DNA of 64,000 nt. Source: Scenedesmus sp. PABB004 (lineage: Eukaryota). Under the pieces are notes generated by a model. The model ran no database searches. It had not been told where the DNA came from and saw nothing but the letters and a program-made list of their open reading frames with translations. Below, piece after piece: positions 22,701 through 35,596 of the stretch (positions are counted from its first letter, which is position 1; each line of letters starts with the position of its first letter). Position numbers and translations under genes: made by a program. The stretch is taken from contig CM026547.1 of the NCBI GenBank assembly GCA_014905635.1, forward strand, positions 3,844,001 to 3,908,000, written 5' to 3'.

Positions 22701-25457
22701 GCCGCCCGCGCCCGGGCTCGCCGCGCCGCCCGGGCTCGCCGCCGCGCCCTCCGCGCCCGTCGCGGCCGCGGCCGCCGCGGCCTCCGCCTCTGCGACGAGC
22801 GCGTCGACGCTGCCCGGCGGCGGGGCGCCCTTGTCGGCGAGGCGGGCCTTGAGCGACTGCACCTCGTTCTGCAGCGTGTCGATGATCGTCTGGCAGGCGG
22901 CGGTGCGCGCGGGGGGCGGGCGGGCGGGCGAGCGGCGCGCGGCGCGTCAGCGGCGCGGAGGAGGGCCCGAGCGCGCCTCCGCCGCCGCCGCCGCCGCCGC
23001 GGGCCGCCGCCACCGCCCCGGGGGGCTCGCCCCCACCTGGTAGTCGGCCATGTGCCGCTCCACGCTGCCCACGTTCTGCACGAGGTGCGTCTTGATCTCC
23101 TTGGCGCGGTCGGCGTACTTGAGCGTGTTGACGCTGCGCGGCGCGGCGCGGCGGGCGGGCGGGCGCGGCGCCCGGGCGGGCGGGCGGGGCGGGGCAGGGT
23201 TGGGCGTCGCGCGCGCCGCGGCGCGCAGCGCGGGTTGGCGGGCGAGCCCGTGCCGGGCGCCCCCCTCGGGCGCGCCTGTGGTTGTACTGGTCCGCGGCGG
23301 CGCTGATGGTCGCGACCATCGCGGTGCGCGAGTTGCCCTGCAGGCTGTCCTTGAGCAGGCTGCGGGGCGGTGGCGGGTGGGCGGGGGCGTGAGCACGCGC
23401 GCGTGCGCGCGTCCGAGGCTGCCGCCAGCGGCGGCGCGCTGGCTGGGGCCGCGGTCAGCCTCGAGCGCGGGGCTGAGCTCACCGCGTGAGCTTAGAGTTG
23501 CGGTAGGGAACGTACGCCACGCCCGTCTTCTGCTGCTTGCCCTACGGTCGGCCGGGCAGCGGCGGCGGCGGCGCCGCAGCGGCGTCGGCTGGCGGCGCCG
23601 GCCGCGCAGCGGGGCGGGCCAGCCCCGCGCGGCCCGCCCGCCGCGCCCCCCCCCCCCCCCTCCCCCGCCGCGCCGGCCCCCCGCGCGCGCGCGCACCAGG
23701 GCGTTGATGCAGTTGGCGAGCGCGAGGAGGCTCTTGTTGATGTTGGCGCCGTCGCGGAGCTTCTGGCCGGCGTTGTTCGTCTCCGCCGCGCGCTCGCTGC
23801 CGGCGAGGTCGACGAGCGTGAGCTTGCCGATGAGCACGTTGGTGCGGTGCGTGCTGCGCGCGCTGCGCCGCACGACGATCTCCAGCACCGCGTGCGAGCG
23901 CGACGACGTCGCGTTGGCGTCGGTGCTGTCCGTCTTGCGCCGCCGGTTGCCCTCCTCCAGCAGGCCCTGCGCGCGCGAGAGGCGCGGTCACGGCGCGCCG
24001 CGCCGCCGCGCCTCGCGCTGCGGCTGCTGCGCGCCGGGGCGCCCCTAGGCCGGGCTGCCACGCGCGCGCGCCGCCGCCGCACCATGATCTCGCCCGTGCT
24101 GTTCACGCTGATGTGCTTCAGCCCCGCCACGCACACGCCCTGCTCCGGGTCCTCCCGCAGCTCCAGCGGGCCGCTGCTGCGCACAAGCAGGTCGTAGATG
24201 ACCTGCGGGCCAGGCCAGGGGTGGGGGCGGCAAGGGGGTGTGGGGCGCTGCTGCGCCGCCGCGCTGGCTGCTCGGCTGCCTCGGCCGCTGTTTGCCTCGC
24301 TCGCTGCTGGGCGTGCTGGCCAATCCCGGCCCCCCTTGCTCGCCGCTGGGCGGCGCGCGCACCTCGTTGTAGACCTCCAGGTAGCTGCACGCCACGCTGA
24401 ACTCCTCGCCCGACCCCGCGTGCGCCTCGCGCTCCGCAAAGATCTGGCTGAGCGACAGGACCATCAGCCCCGGGTCGGACGGCGTGCCTGCGCGGCGCGG
24501 CGCGGAGCGTCGCGGCGCGCCGCCGCCGCTGCGCTGGCAGCCCGCCGCGCCGGCAGCCCGCCGCGCCGCGGCCGCCGCCGCGCGGCCACTCACCAACCAT
24601 GGTGTGTGTCTTGCCCGAGCCGGTGGAGCCGTACGCAAACACGGTGCCGTTGAGGCCGCGGCTGACGCCCGCCGCGAGCTCCCGGATGCTGCCGGCATAG
24701 ACGTCACTGTTGCGCGCCTGCAGCAGCAGCGGCGGCGGCGGGCGCCACAAGGCTGTGTGTGTGACGTGGCGCCCCCGTTGCAGCCGCCGCCGCCAGCCCG
24801 CGCGACGCTTCCAGCGCCGCCTGCCGTGCGACGCCGCCGCGGCCAGCGCGGCACGGCGGCCGCGCGCCCACCTGGGTGTCGTAGGCGACGTCAAACGTGT
24901 AGCGCTTCTCCTTGGTGCGGTTTTGCACCTGCGCGGCGGCCGGGCCGGCGCGCGAGGGTCGGCCGCCCGGCCGCTGGCGCACGCCGCGGCGCTGCCTGGG
25001 CGCTCCCGGGCGCGCTGCTGACATGCGCGCCGCGGCCCGCCCGCGCCGCACGCCGCGCGCCTGGTCCAGGTAGTCCTTGGCGTCGGCGTCTGGGTCCAGC
25101 ACCACCACCAGCTTGCCGTCCAGCACGCGCACGATGTCGCGGCGCGGCGCGGCGCCGGGCGGCGCCGCCTCGCCGCGCAGGATCGGGCGCACGCGCACCG
25201 CGACCGAGAGGCTCGACGGCGCGCCCGCCGGCTGCTGCCCCAGCACCTGCGGGCGGCGGCGGCGCCGTCAGGGGCGGCGCTGGCGCCGCCCGCGACGCCC
25301 CCGCGGCGAGGGCCAGGGGGCCGCGCGCGCCCGGCGCGCGGGCTGGCCGCTGCTCGGCCGCTGCTCGGCCGCCGCCGCGGGCGCCGCCGCGAGCGCGCAC
25401 CCGGTTCATCCCCAGTCCTACCAGCATGGGCCCGTAGGCGGCCTTGGGCGCCGCCAT
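19769..25457 (-). CDS. Kinesin-8 family motor (KIF18/KIF19-like)
   Basis: [16 protein letters not shown]-loop [77 protein letters not shown] and [13 protein letters not shown], followed by a coiled-coil tail. Confidence 0.93.
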
Positions 25458-25843
25458 GCCCGCGGCCGCGGGCGGCGGCACCTACTGCTCGAAAGCCGCC
25501 GCGACCGCCGCGTGGGCCCGCCTGCGGCGTACAGTTATGCGCGAGCAATTGGAGCGTCTGGGGCAGCTCGCCCGGGCCTGAGCGAGCCAGGAGCGTGCAG
25601 CAGGCGCCTTCGGGCCCCGCGCCCCCCGCGCCAGCGCTGGCTCCACGGCCGCTGGCTCCACGGCCGCGTGCAAGCTGTGAATGCGCGCGTCGGGCTTGGG
25701 AGCGACGCGCGGCAGCTCGGCGGGCGGGCAGCTGGACGCGGGACTCACACGGCCCGCCCAGCGGGACTCACCACACGGCCCGCCCAGTCCCGCGCGCCTC
25801 ATTCCGAGAGTTCCCACACACACGCCAGCTCACACAGCTCGCC

Positions 25844-27183
25844 ATGGCGCTCACGCTGCAGCGCTCGACCGCGCACGCCACCTGCCGCGCCCCGCGGCGC
25901 GTCGCGTCTGTCGCGCCGCGCCGCCCGCTGGTCCTGCGCGTCTCGGCCACGTCGTCCCGGGACCAGCCGGGGTCGCTGAGCAGGCGGGGCGTCCTGGCCG
26001 CGCCCGTCGTCCTTTGGCCGCTCGTCGCGGGCGTCAGCGCCCGCCCCGTGCGCGCGGCCGAGGCTGGCTACAAGACGTTCCTCGGTGAGCGGCGCGCGCG
26101 GCGCGAGGAGGGAGCAGCACGACGCGTAAGCGTCCGCGCGCTTTCGGAAGCGCCACGCGCTGCGCCCGCGCCGCGCTGCGATCGCAGGCTACAGCCAGGC
26201 GCCGGACCTCTACATGGGCTACGGCCAGGCGCGCGCGCGAAGCTCGGCGGCGTCTCAGCGCCGCGCGCCGCGCCGCGCGCCGCGCGCTGCCGCCGACGCG
26301 CTGCCGCCGCCGCGCGCTGCTGCCGCCGCGCGCCGCCGACGCCCGCCGCCGACGCCCCACGGCACGCCCAACCGCAGGCCCAGGACGCGCCGCCGCTGTA
26401 TAGCTTCGATTACCCCGCCAACTGGGAGGTGGACATCCCCACCAAGACCGAGAAGAGCACCATGGCGCGTGGTGACACCGGCGGCGGCTGCAGCCAGCAC
26501 ACCGCGCAGCGCCCGACCGACCCGCGCGCCGCGCGGCGGCCGCCGCAGGGCATGGACGGGCGCGTCGTACACCCGGAGACGCGCAAGGAGCTGGCGTACG
26601 TCGTCGCGCTCGGGGGGAAGGACTACCGCGACTCGGTGCTGACCGACGCCAAGACCTCGCTCATCGTGTTTGCCGGCTCCGACCCGGACATGCGCCAGGC
26701 GCTCACCGACGGCACCGTCAAGCAGGCGCGCGCAGCGGGGCGCGCGGACCCCCGGCAGCGTGCGCGGCGGCCTCGGGGCGCGCGAACGCCGCAAGTGCTG
26801 GGCTTGCACGCCCCCGCGCCGAGAGCGAGCGCGCGCCGCTCTGCCGCAGAGCAAGGTCAAGGTCAACGGCAGCGACCTGTACGTGTATGACATCGCCTCC
26901 AACCGCCGCCGCTACCTCAGGCGCGGCGCGGGCATCCCCGGGACCCCGCGCGCGCGGCGCAGCGAGGCCGCCTCCCACGGGGCCGCGCCGCCATGCGTAT
27001 GCCGGCGCGCCGCCGCCCACGCGCCGCCGCCGCCCACGCGCCGCCGCCGCCGCCGCCGGCCGCAGCTCGATCGGCAAGAAGGGCGACACCGTCTTCGCCC
27101 TGGTCGTCACCGCGCCCATCGCCGCGTTTGAGCGCGACGCCGCGGGGCTGCAGCACATCCAGGACAGCTTTAGGCTCCTGTGA
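25844..27183 (+). CDS. PsbP-domain thylakoid lumen protein, 6 exons
   Basis: Bipartite presequence with Tat motif SRRGVL and AxA site (VRA|A). YSFDYPANW, LYVYDI and VFALVVTAP..LQHIQDSFRLL* are typical of the PsbP fold. Confidence 0.82.
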
Positions 27184-27542
27184 CGCGGGAGGCCGACGAG
27201 AGTGGAAGCGTGGTGCCAAACTTCAAACTTTTTTTTGGCCGGGCGAGGGATGGCGACGCGGTGCAGCTGAGAGAATGCTCTGGTGTCAGCTGCCCGGTTT
27301 TGAGGCTCACGATTTTTGACGCGCGGCGGCGCCATTGCCCGCACCACCACCCGATTGGCAATGCGAGGCGCCTGATGTGTTGTTGTCTCCCTAGGTTCTA
27401 GGTGCGAGCCAGAGTTTGGTTTGGCTGTTGTTTGGCTGCGCGCGCGCGGCTGCGAAACCTTGGCGGCCGCCGAGTTGCTGCACTGACGATCACACTGCTG
27501 CGGCGGCAGCGCCGCACGAGTAACACGGTGCGTCGCGCCCTC

Positions 27543-29299
27543 TCACGCCGCCTCCGATCCCGCACGCGCCTCCTCTGCCGCCGCCGGCTTGGCCTCGGGC
27601 GGCTGGTGGCCCCCGAGCGCGCCGCCCCCGCCGCGCCGCCGCCGCGCCGCCGTCAGCTGCTTCGCGCGCCCCCACGCCGCCCCCGCGCCGCGCTGGCACG
27701 CGCGGCCCTGCCCCGCCGTCGCCTCCGCGCCGCGCCGCAGCGCGGTCGCGAGCTGCGCCAGCTCATCGCGCCTGAATCGCCACGCCGCCGCGCCGCCGCC
27801 GGCGAGCGCGAGCGGCGCTGCAACCAGCAGCGCCGTTGCGAGCCAGCGCCGCCGGCCGCCGCGGCGCGCAGGCCCCGCCTCCTCGCCGCCGTCCCTGCCG
27901 TCGGCGGATGTGCCGCAGCAGTCCCACGCCAGCGCGCGCGCGGGGGCGGGCGACAGGCCCTCGCGCGGCAGCTGCCACAGCGCGGGGCTGCTGGCGCCGC
28001 TGCCGCTGGCGCCGCCCCCGCCGCCACCGCCGCCCAGCGCGGGGCTCGGCCAGAGCGCGGCGCAGGGCGCCACGCGGAACTCGCACTCCAGCGACAGCCC
28101 GCCCGCGCGGCGCGCGCTGGCCGCCGCCGCGCCGCGGCCGCCGTCCGCCGCGGTTGGCGGGCACGCCAGCTCCTCGGGGCGCAGGCCAAACACGGGCGTC
28201 ATGATCAGCCCCAGCGGGCTGCCCACGCCCTCGGGGGAGCCGCGCGCCTGCTGGTCGCGCTGCGGCGTGCCGTCCGCGCGCGCCGGGCCGCCGGCGCCGG
28301 GCGTCGTCGCGCCGCTCTCGCCGCTGCCCTCTGCGAGCTTGGACTGCGGCGTCGCGCCGCCGAGCGCCGCGCCCAGGCACCGCGGCCGCAGCGCGGAGCC
28401 CGGCGACGCCTTGCTGCAGCTCAGCTGGCTCAGGCTCTGGCAGCTCAGCGGGCTGCCCAGGCCGTCCTCGGCGGGGCGGCTGGCGGGCGTGGCCTCGGCG
28501 CCGCCGCTGCTGCGGAGGGGGCTGAGGCTGCTCAGGCCGGTCAGGCACGAGTGCGCCGTGCGGTAGCCCGACAGCGGCGTTGCGTCGGCGCCGGCGCCGG
28601 CTGGCGTGGCCGCCGCCGTCAGGGACGCCGGGACTCCCGTCAGCGGGCAGGCGCGCCGCTCCCAGATCAGCTGGCTCGTCGCGTCGAGCTGGCCGCTCGG
28701 GCTGGCCGACGCCGGCGCGGGCCGCTGCTCCAGCGCCGCGCGCAGCGCCGCGCGCTCCTGGCGCACCTGCGGTGCGCGCGCGCGGAGAGCGGGGGGCCGG
28801 CTGCAGTCGGGCGCCAGACTGCGGCGGCGGGCGGCGCCGCCGCGGCCGGGCGCGCGCGCACCTTGTGGACATAGGCCGCCAGCGCTGCCAGCTGCGCCGT
28901 CGGCGCCTGGTCGCGCGCCAGCCCGAGCTGTGCGCACAGCTGCTGGAGCTGCGCCGCGACCGCGCGCGCCTGGCTGTCGTCCGCGGCACCGCGTATGAGC
29001 GCGGACAGCTGGGCAGTCAGCGCGGCCTTGGTCACGGCGAGCGCGTTGCGCTGCGCCCGCGCCTCCGCCACTTTGGTGACCAGCGTCGTGTTGTCGGACG
29101 CTGCTCGAGCCAGGAGGGCCTTGACGTTGCGCGGCGCCGGCGAGCGGCCGACGAGCTCCAACCGCTGAGCCTCATTGGCAGCCAACTGGCTGCGCAACTG
29201 CTGCTCCAGCTCGGCGATGTGCGCGCGCTGCGCGGCCACCATCGCCGCCAGGCGGGCCGCCTCCACGCCCTCCGCGCTGAGTGGGCCCTGAGCGCTCAT
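27543..29299 (-). CDS. Hypothetical coiled-coil protein with a C-terminal transmembrane segment
   Basis: Exon 1 coiled coil (HIAELEQQLRSQL..YVHK|gt). Exon 2 is Ser/Pro-rich, then RRRWLATALLVAAPLALAGGGAAAW. Confidence 0.55.
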
Positions 29300-29337
29300 G
29301 GACCGCGCTGAGCGGGCTCATGGACCGCGCTGAGCGG
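29294..29337. repeat. 22-bp perfect tandem duplication spanning the start codon
   Basis: GCTCATGGACCGCGCTGAGCGG x2. Confidence 0.9.
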
Positions 29338-29750
29338 GCCGAAGCGGCGCAGCTGTCGCCGCCGTTTTTTGAGCTCGGGAGCTCTAGAGCGCGCAACGCG
29401 GACCGCGCAACCACGCACACAATGCGGGACGTGGCGCTGAGCCAGGAGGGGGGCTGGCAGCGGCAGAGGCGCACTGCAGGCGCTGCGCTGAACCGCGGCT
29501 TGGCCGCCGCTGCCCGCGCGCCACGCGCGACGCAACGCGAAGGTGGTTACACACGGCCGGTCGGCCGTCACCCGCTGGCCCAGCGTGCACGCTGTCTGTC
29601 GGCACGCGGGCCGTGGTGGGGCGGCGGACAGGAGCCTGTCCGCCCCGAGCCTCGGGGCCCGAGGCGGGGCAGGGGGCGTGGCGGGCCTCGCCGGCGCGGC
29701 GGCGGCGGGCGGCGTGGTGGTTGTGTGGGCTGCTCGCTGCCGCCGAGTGC

Positions 29751-30687
29751 TCAGCCGGGGTACAGCGTGGGCTTCATGATGCCCAGCATCTGCGCGTGTG
29801 CGGCGTGTCAGCTGCGGCCAGCCGCGCGGCAGCGCAGCCCGGGCGCGCTGGCGCCGCCGGCCCACCCGCCCGCCCGCGCGCGCACCCGGTCCGCAAACTC
29901 CCGGAAGTGCGGCGCCTCCAGCGCCTGCTTCAACGCCTGCGCAGGGCGCGGCGGCGGCGGCCGCAGGTCAGCTGCGACGTCCCGCCGGGCCGCCGCGGCG
30001 GCGCCCGCCCGTCCGCCCGCCCGCCGCCCGCGCGCCGCGCGCGCCTGCTCGCGGTTGTCGGCGCCGTCGATCTTCAGCAGCAGCTCCTGCAGCCGCCGGT
30101 CCGCGAGCGTCGCGCAAAACGGCGCGTCGTGCGCTGCGGCGGCGAAGGGGGGATCAGCGGTGAGTCTGGCGGCCCGCCGCCGCCGCTGCCCGGCTGGCGC
30201 GCCACGCGCGCCGCGGCCTGCGCTGGACGCACCGAGGCGCTCGAGCTCGGTCGTCGTAAGCGTGAAGCCCGCGGGGTCCTCCGCCGGCGGCTCGGCCTGC
30301 ACCAGCGGCTGCTGGCGCTCTGCGCGCGCGCGGCGGCAGCGTGGGCGCGCGGGCGCCGGCCGCGCCTGCGCCCGCTCCCAGCGCTGCCGCCGCACCTGGC
30401 GCCGCGAAGCTCACGCGGATCTGCAGGCTGACCACGGCCGCCGGGTCGTCGGGGGAGCGCTTCACCGAGCGAACGGCGGCTGCGTGGCCCGGCTGCTGCC
30501 GCACGGCCGCCACGGCCGCCGGCGGCACGGCGCCGAGCGCGGCGGCGCTGCCGTCGCCCCCGTCGCCCAGCCAGGCCTCCCAGCCGCCCTCCGCCTCGCG
30601 CAGGTGCACCAACGCGCCAACACGCACGTCTGAGGCGGGCAGGGGCGACGCCAGGGCGACGTCAAAGTCGAGCTTGGGCGGCGGCAT
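29751..30687 (-). CDS. Protein with a ZNHIT3/Hit1-like C-terminal domain but no zf-HIT
   Basis: LTTTELERL|AHD..LADRRLQELLLKIDGADNREQ|ALKQALEAPHFREFADR|MLGIMKP resembles the ZNHIT3 C-terminus (LRQLMVNLD..PLFVEFADCCLGIVEP). The N-terminus has no Cys finger. TGTAA downstream at 29547-29551 (minus). Confidence 0.6.
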
Positions 30688-30999
30688 GGTGTTGGCTGCG
30701 CTGCAGCTGTCGCGCGGCGGCGGCGCAGCCGAGTGCCAGGGCGGCTGGGGCTGGGGCGACGGTGCGCGGGCTGGAGTGACGGAGGAGAGGGGCGGGGGCA
30801 GCGGTTGCAGCGAGGCGGACGGGAAGGGCAACGGGCAGCCGCCTGCGCAGCCGCCGCTGCTCGGCGCCGCGCGCGCAGCGCCGCCAGGCGACCGTCGTGA
30901 GAAGGTGGTTACAAGCAATCATCACCCCGCAGCGGCGACCGCGGCTGCTGCGCGGGCTGCCAGCTGCAGCGCGCGCCCAGCCGCCAGGCGTCGGCACGC

Positions 31000-32324
31000 C
31001 TAGTTGTCCGGCACCTCGATCTCGCCAGCGTCGATCTGCGGCGGCGGCAGCGCGGCAGCGGCGGCGGCGGCGGCGGCGGCGCGTGAGCAACGCTTGAGCG
31101 ACACGGGCGGCACAGGCGGCGGCGGCCGCGCGCGCGCTGCGGGTGCGGCGCGGCGTGCCCCGCGCGCTCGCCGCCCTCCCCGCGCCCCGCGCGCCCGCGC
31201 ACCTTGGCCATGACCGCCTGCGGGTGCATGTGGTCGACGGTGCAGCCCACGCTCTGCGCCGTGCCCAGCATCTCCTTGCAGGTGCCGGCGAGGGTCTTGG
31301 CGACGCTGCGGGGGCGCATGATGCGCGCGACCTCGATGATGTCGTCCATGGTGATGTTGCCAGAGTGCTTGATGTTCTTCTCCTGTGTCACACCAAGCAC
31401 AGTCGAGGCAGGGCGCCGGGCGGGCGCGCGTGAGCGGGCCGCCGGGCGCGCGAGAGAGGGCGGGGGCCGCCGCCGCCGCCTCCCGTGCCCCCCCCCCCTG
31501 CTGCTCGCCCCGCCACTGCCCCCACTGCCGCCACTGCCGCTGCCGCTTGTGCTGGCGGCGGCGCTGCCGCCGCGGCCGCCTGTGTCGCCGCTGCTGCTGC
31601 TTGCTGCCGCCGCTGCCGCTGCTGCCGCTGCTGCCGCCAGCACCGCTCGCGCGGCTGCCGGTCCCCCTGCCGCTGCCGTCACGGTGCTGCCCCACCGCTG
31701 CCCTGCCGCTCGCCCCTGGAGCCGCCGCGCCGGCTCCAGCGCTCCGCCGGCCGCCGCCCGCTGCTGCTCGCGCTGCTGCTGCTGCTGCGCTTCCGCGCCG
31801 CCCGCGCCGCTGCTCCAGCTGCGACGCTCCCGCCGCTGCCGCCAGATCCGGGGCCCCCTTCCACCCCCGCGGTCCCGGCGGGTCGCGCGGGCGCGCGCCG
31901 CGCCGGCGTGCGCCGCGCGGCGGGCAGCAGCCGCCGCGCTGCCGCGGGCCGCCGCGGCGCCGCCGCGGGCCGCCCCGGGCCGCCGCCGCCGCCGGCGCCG
32001 CCCCGGGCCCTCCCCGCGGCGTCCCGGCGCGGCGCGCACCTTCTTGCGGTCGCGCACGGGCTCCTTGAGCGCCTTGATGACCAGCGCGGCTGCGGAGGGC
32101 ACCACGGAGACCTTGGCCTGCCTGTTCTGCACCGTCAGCTTGACGGTGACGCGCAGGCCGCGCCAGTCCTTGGCCGTCTCCTTGGCGATGTCCTCACCAA
32201 TCTTCTTGGGCGAGAGGCCGAGCGGGCCAATCTTTGGCGCCAGCGAGGAGGCCGCACCCACCTCGCCGCCCGTCACGCGGACGAACACCTCCATGACCTC
32301 ATTGGGATCGAACTTGGGCGGCAT
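31000..32324 (-). CDS. RPL12: 60S ribosomal protein L12 (uL11), 3 exons
   Basis: [68 protein letters not shown] at 30909-30913 (minus). Confidence 0.98.
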
Positions 32325-32588
32325 GGTGGCGGCGCCTGCGGCAGCAGCGCGGGGGCCGGGCGATGATGGGCACGCCGCCGGCGGGCGGCGGGGCGCGGGG
32401 CGGGCCGTGCCGCACCTGGGGGTGCTCCGCAAGCTGCGCAGCGAGAGAGGCCGGGCCGGGGCGGGGCGGCCGACTAAGCGGGCCAGAGCTGCAGCAGCTG
32501 GCGGGGTTTTGGCGACCGGTGCTCGCGCATTGGGCGTCCCCGCCCCGCCCTTGCGCCCGCTCAGTCGACCTCCGGCTCGCAGCCCACC

Positions 32589-33378
32589 ATGCAGGCCCTC
32601 GCAGCACGCGCGCGCGGCGCGCCGAGCGCCCGCGGCGGGCCGCGCGCTGCTGCGCGCCCCGCCCGCGCCGGCCTGCGCCTCCGCGCCAGCGCGGCGGCTG
32701 TGGAGGCCAAGTCCGTGTCCGGGCGCATGGCGGAGCTGAAGGCGGCGGGCAAGTGCGTGGCTCAGGCGCAGCGGGCGGCGGCGGCGCTGCTGTCGGCGCG
32801 CGCCGCGCCGCGCCGCCGCGGCCGCGCCGCAGCGCCGCCGCGCCGCGGCGCCCGCCGGGGCGGCCAATTGGGCGTGTCACGCCCTCACGTCGCCCGCGCG
32901 CGCCCGGGGGCGCAGGGTGGCGTTCATTCCCTTCCTCGTCGCGGGCGACCCGAGCCTGGACACCACCGCGGAGGCGCTGCAGCGCCTGGACGCGGTCGGC
33001 GCGGACGTCATCGAGCTGGGCGTGCCCTACTCCGTGAGCCGCGCCCGCCGGCCGCTGCGGCACCGCCGCTGCGGCAGCGCCGCTGGCCGCCCACGGCGGC
33101 GGCGGCGGACTCCTTTTCGCCCCCTGCCAGCGGGGCGCCCCCGCCCAACCCGCCCACGCGCCGCGCCGCAGGACCCGCTCGCCGACGGCGTGGTCATCCA
33201 CTCGGCCGCGACGCGCGCGCTGCAGCACGGCACGACGCTGGACAAGGTCATCGCGATGGTCGCGGCGACCGCGCCCAAGCTGCGCGCGCCGCTCGTGCTG
33301 TTCACCTACTACAACCCCATCATCCGCCGCGGCATGGACACCTTCTGCGCGCAGATCAAGGAGGCCGGCGCGTCGGGT

Positions 33379-33411
<33 letters not shown>

Positions 33412-33925
33412 AGTTCGTGCGCGCGCGCGGCGCCGCGGCGCCGCGGCCGGCGCGCGCCGACGCTCAGAACGTGCGCGCGCCTGAACAAACGCAGGCCTGC
33501 TGGTGCCGGACCTGCCGCTGGAGGAGACGACGACCATCCGCGCCGCGTGCGAGCGCGCGGGGCTGGAGCTGGTGCTGCTCACGACGCCGACGACGCCCAA
33601 GGCGCGCATGGCGGACATCGCGCGCGCGAGCCAGGGTTTTGTGTACCTCGTGAGCGTGACGGGCGTGACGGGCGTGCAGGAGCGCGTCGCGACGCGCGTG
33701 GAGGCGCTCGTGGAGATGCTGCACAGCGTGACGGACAAGTCGGTCGCGGTCGGCTTTGGCGTGAGCAAGCCGGAGCACGCGCGCCAGATCGTGGCGTGGG
33801 GCGCCGAGGGCGTGATCTGCGGCAGTGCGCTCGTGCGCGCGCTCGGCGACGCCGCGACGCCGGAGGAGGGGCTGGACGCGATGGAGGCGCTCGCGCGCAG
33901 CTTGAGGGAGGCGAGCGCCAAGTGA
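32589..33925 (+). CDS. trpA: Tryptophan synthase alpha subunit, plastid-targeted, 4 exons
   Basis: [59 protein letters not shown] and GVICGSALV. Confidence 0.96.
33388..33413. repeat. (GA)n microsatellite in a trpA intron
   Basis: gagagagag run directly visible. Confidence 0.9.
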
Positions 33926-34506
33926 TCACGCGGCGTCATGACGGGCGTGACGGCGCGCCGCGGCGGCGCGGCGGCCGCGGCGGCGCAGCAGGCGCTGCAC
34001 GCCACGGCCGCCGGCGGCGGCGGCGGGGCAGCACCGCGGGGCGGGCGGTGCTGCGGATGGTCGCAGCCATTATTTAGCGTCGCAGCAGCAGCAGGGGCGC
34101 CGGCGGTCGCTGGCGAGCGGGGCGGGCGGGGAGCGTCTGCACGGGCGCGGTGTGAGAGTGACCTGAGCGCGGCAGGGCCCCGCGAGCGCCGCCGGTCACA
34201 CACAGCGCTGGGGCGCCGCACACAGCGCGCAGCGCAGCTCGCGCCGCCGCACACGCGCGGCGGCCACCGCAGCTCCGGCCGCCGCGCCCACGCCGCAGAG
34301 CCTGGGCCGCTCTCAGCCGTGGTGGTGCTTGGGGGATCGCGCGCGCGGCCCCGCGCGCTCGCTGGGTGCCGCGCCCCCACCAACGCCCAGCCGCGCGTGC
34401 AGCACCCCGATGCTCCCCGCCCTCCCGCCAGCCTCTCACCCCCACCGCGCCGGCCCGCGGCCGCACACCCAGCCCCGCCCCCGCGCCCGGCCGCGCCGGT
34501 GGCTGC

Positions 34507-35547
34507 CTACTTGGGCGGCGGCGGCGGCGCGCGCCGCGCCGAGGGCGTGGTCGGCACGCCGCCGTTGGCCGCGGCGCCGCCCGGCCGCGAGGGCGCGGCC
34601 GGCGCGCGCCGCGCCGGCTGCCCCGCGCCGACCGACGAGCGTGCGAGCCCCGCGCCCGCCTGGCCCTCCACCAGGCTCTGCGGCGCGGTCGGCAGCTTCT
34701 TGGGCCGGTCGACGTGGCTCAGCGGCACCGGCGCGCGCAGCGCTGGCAGGTAGGGGTTGTCGAGCAGCTCAGCGTAGCGCCGCCGCTGCTCGCCCGACAG
34801 CACGTCGGTCATCACCGCCAGCGCGAGCACCTCGGCGTCCATCAGCACCTGCGCGCGGCGCGCGTGGCGGCGGCGTCGGCGGGCGCCACACACCTGCGCG
34901 CAGCTCCGCGCCCCCGCGCCGCGTCCCCCGCCCTCGGGCGCCGCGTGTCCCCCGGCCGCGCGCCGCGCACGTTGTCGCCCTCGTGGTCCTTGCGCTTGAC
35001 CTTCTCCTGTTTGTACTGCACGTCGTCGATGGCCATCTTGATCTTGTCGTACAGCACACGCACCGCGGCGCGCTTCTCCGTCACGCTCACGTCCTCCTGC
35101 GCCGCGCCGCACGGCGACCGACCGACGGCCGACGCGCGTGAGCCCGCGGCGCGGCGCCGCGCCGCGCGCTCGCCGCGCCGCGCCCCGCACGCGCTCCACC
35201 CCGCCCCGCCCAGCCCACCACCACGCCCGCCCAGCCCAGCCCTCCAGCCACCCGCCCACGCGCGCCGCCCCCCAACCGCCCGCGCGCCTGCAGCATGCGC
35301 TTGAGCTCCTCCTCGCTCATCTTGTGCACGTGGCCAAAGAGGTGGTTCAGCAGCATCTTCTCCGCCTTGCGCACGAGGCAGTGCACGACGCTCTTGGGCA
35401 CGGTCGTGACGATCGTGTCGCACACCATCGTCACGTACATGCGCATGTCGCTCGCAAACTGCTCCATGAGCTGCTCGTGACGCGTCTCCCACGTCTCCTG
35501 CGCACCCCCCGGGCGCGCGCGCGCGCGGCGGCGGCGGCGGCGTGTGG

Positions 35548-35596
<49 letters not shown>

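Noticed and set aside
31384..32039. Long RPL12 intron as a snoRNA host
   Set aside because: It is mostly (GCA/GCG)n low-complexity sequence. I could not identify a convincing C/D or H/ACA box pair by eye.
35525..35595. (GGC)n tract and poly-C/G runs in introns
   Set aside because: Ordinary microsatellites and homopolymers, common across this window.
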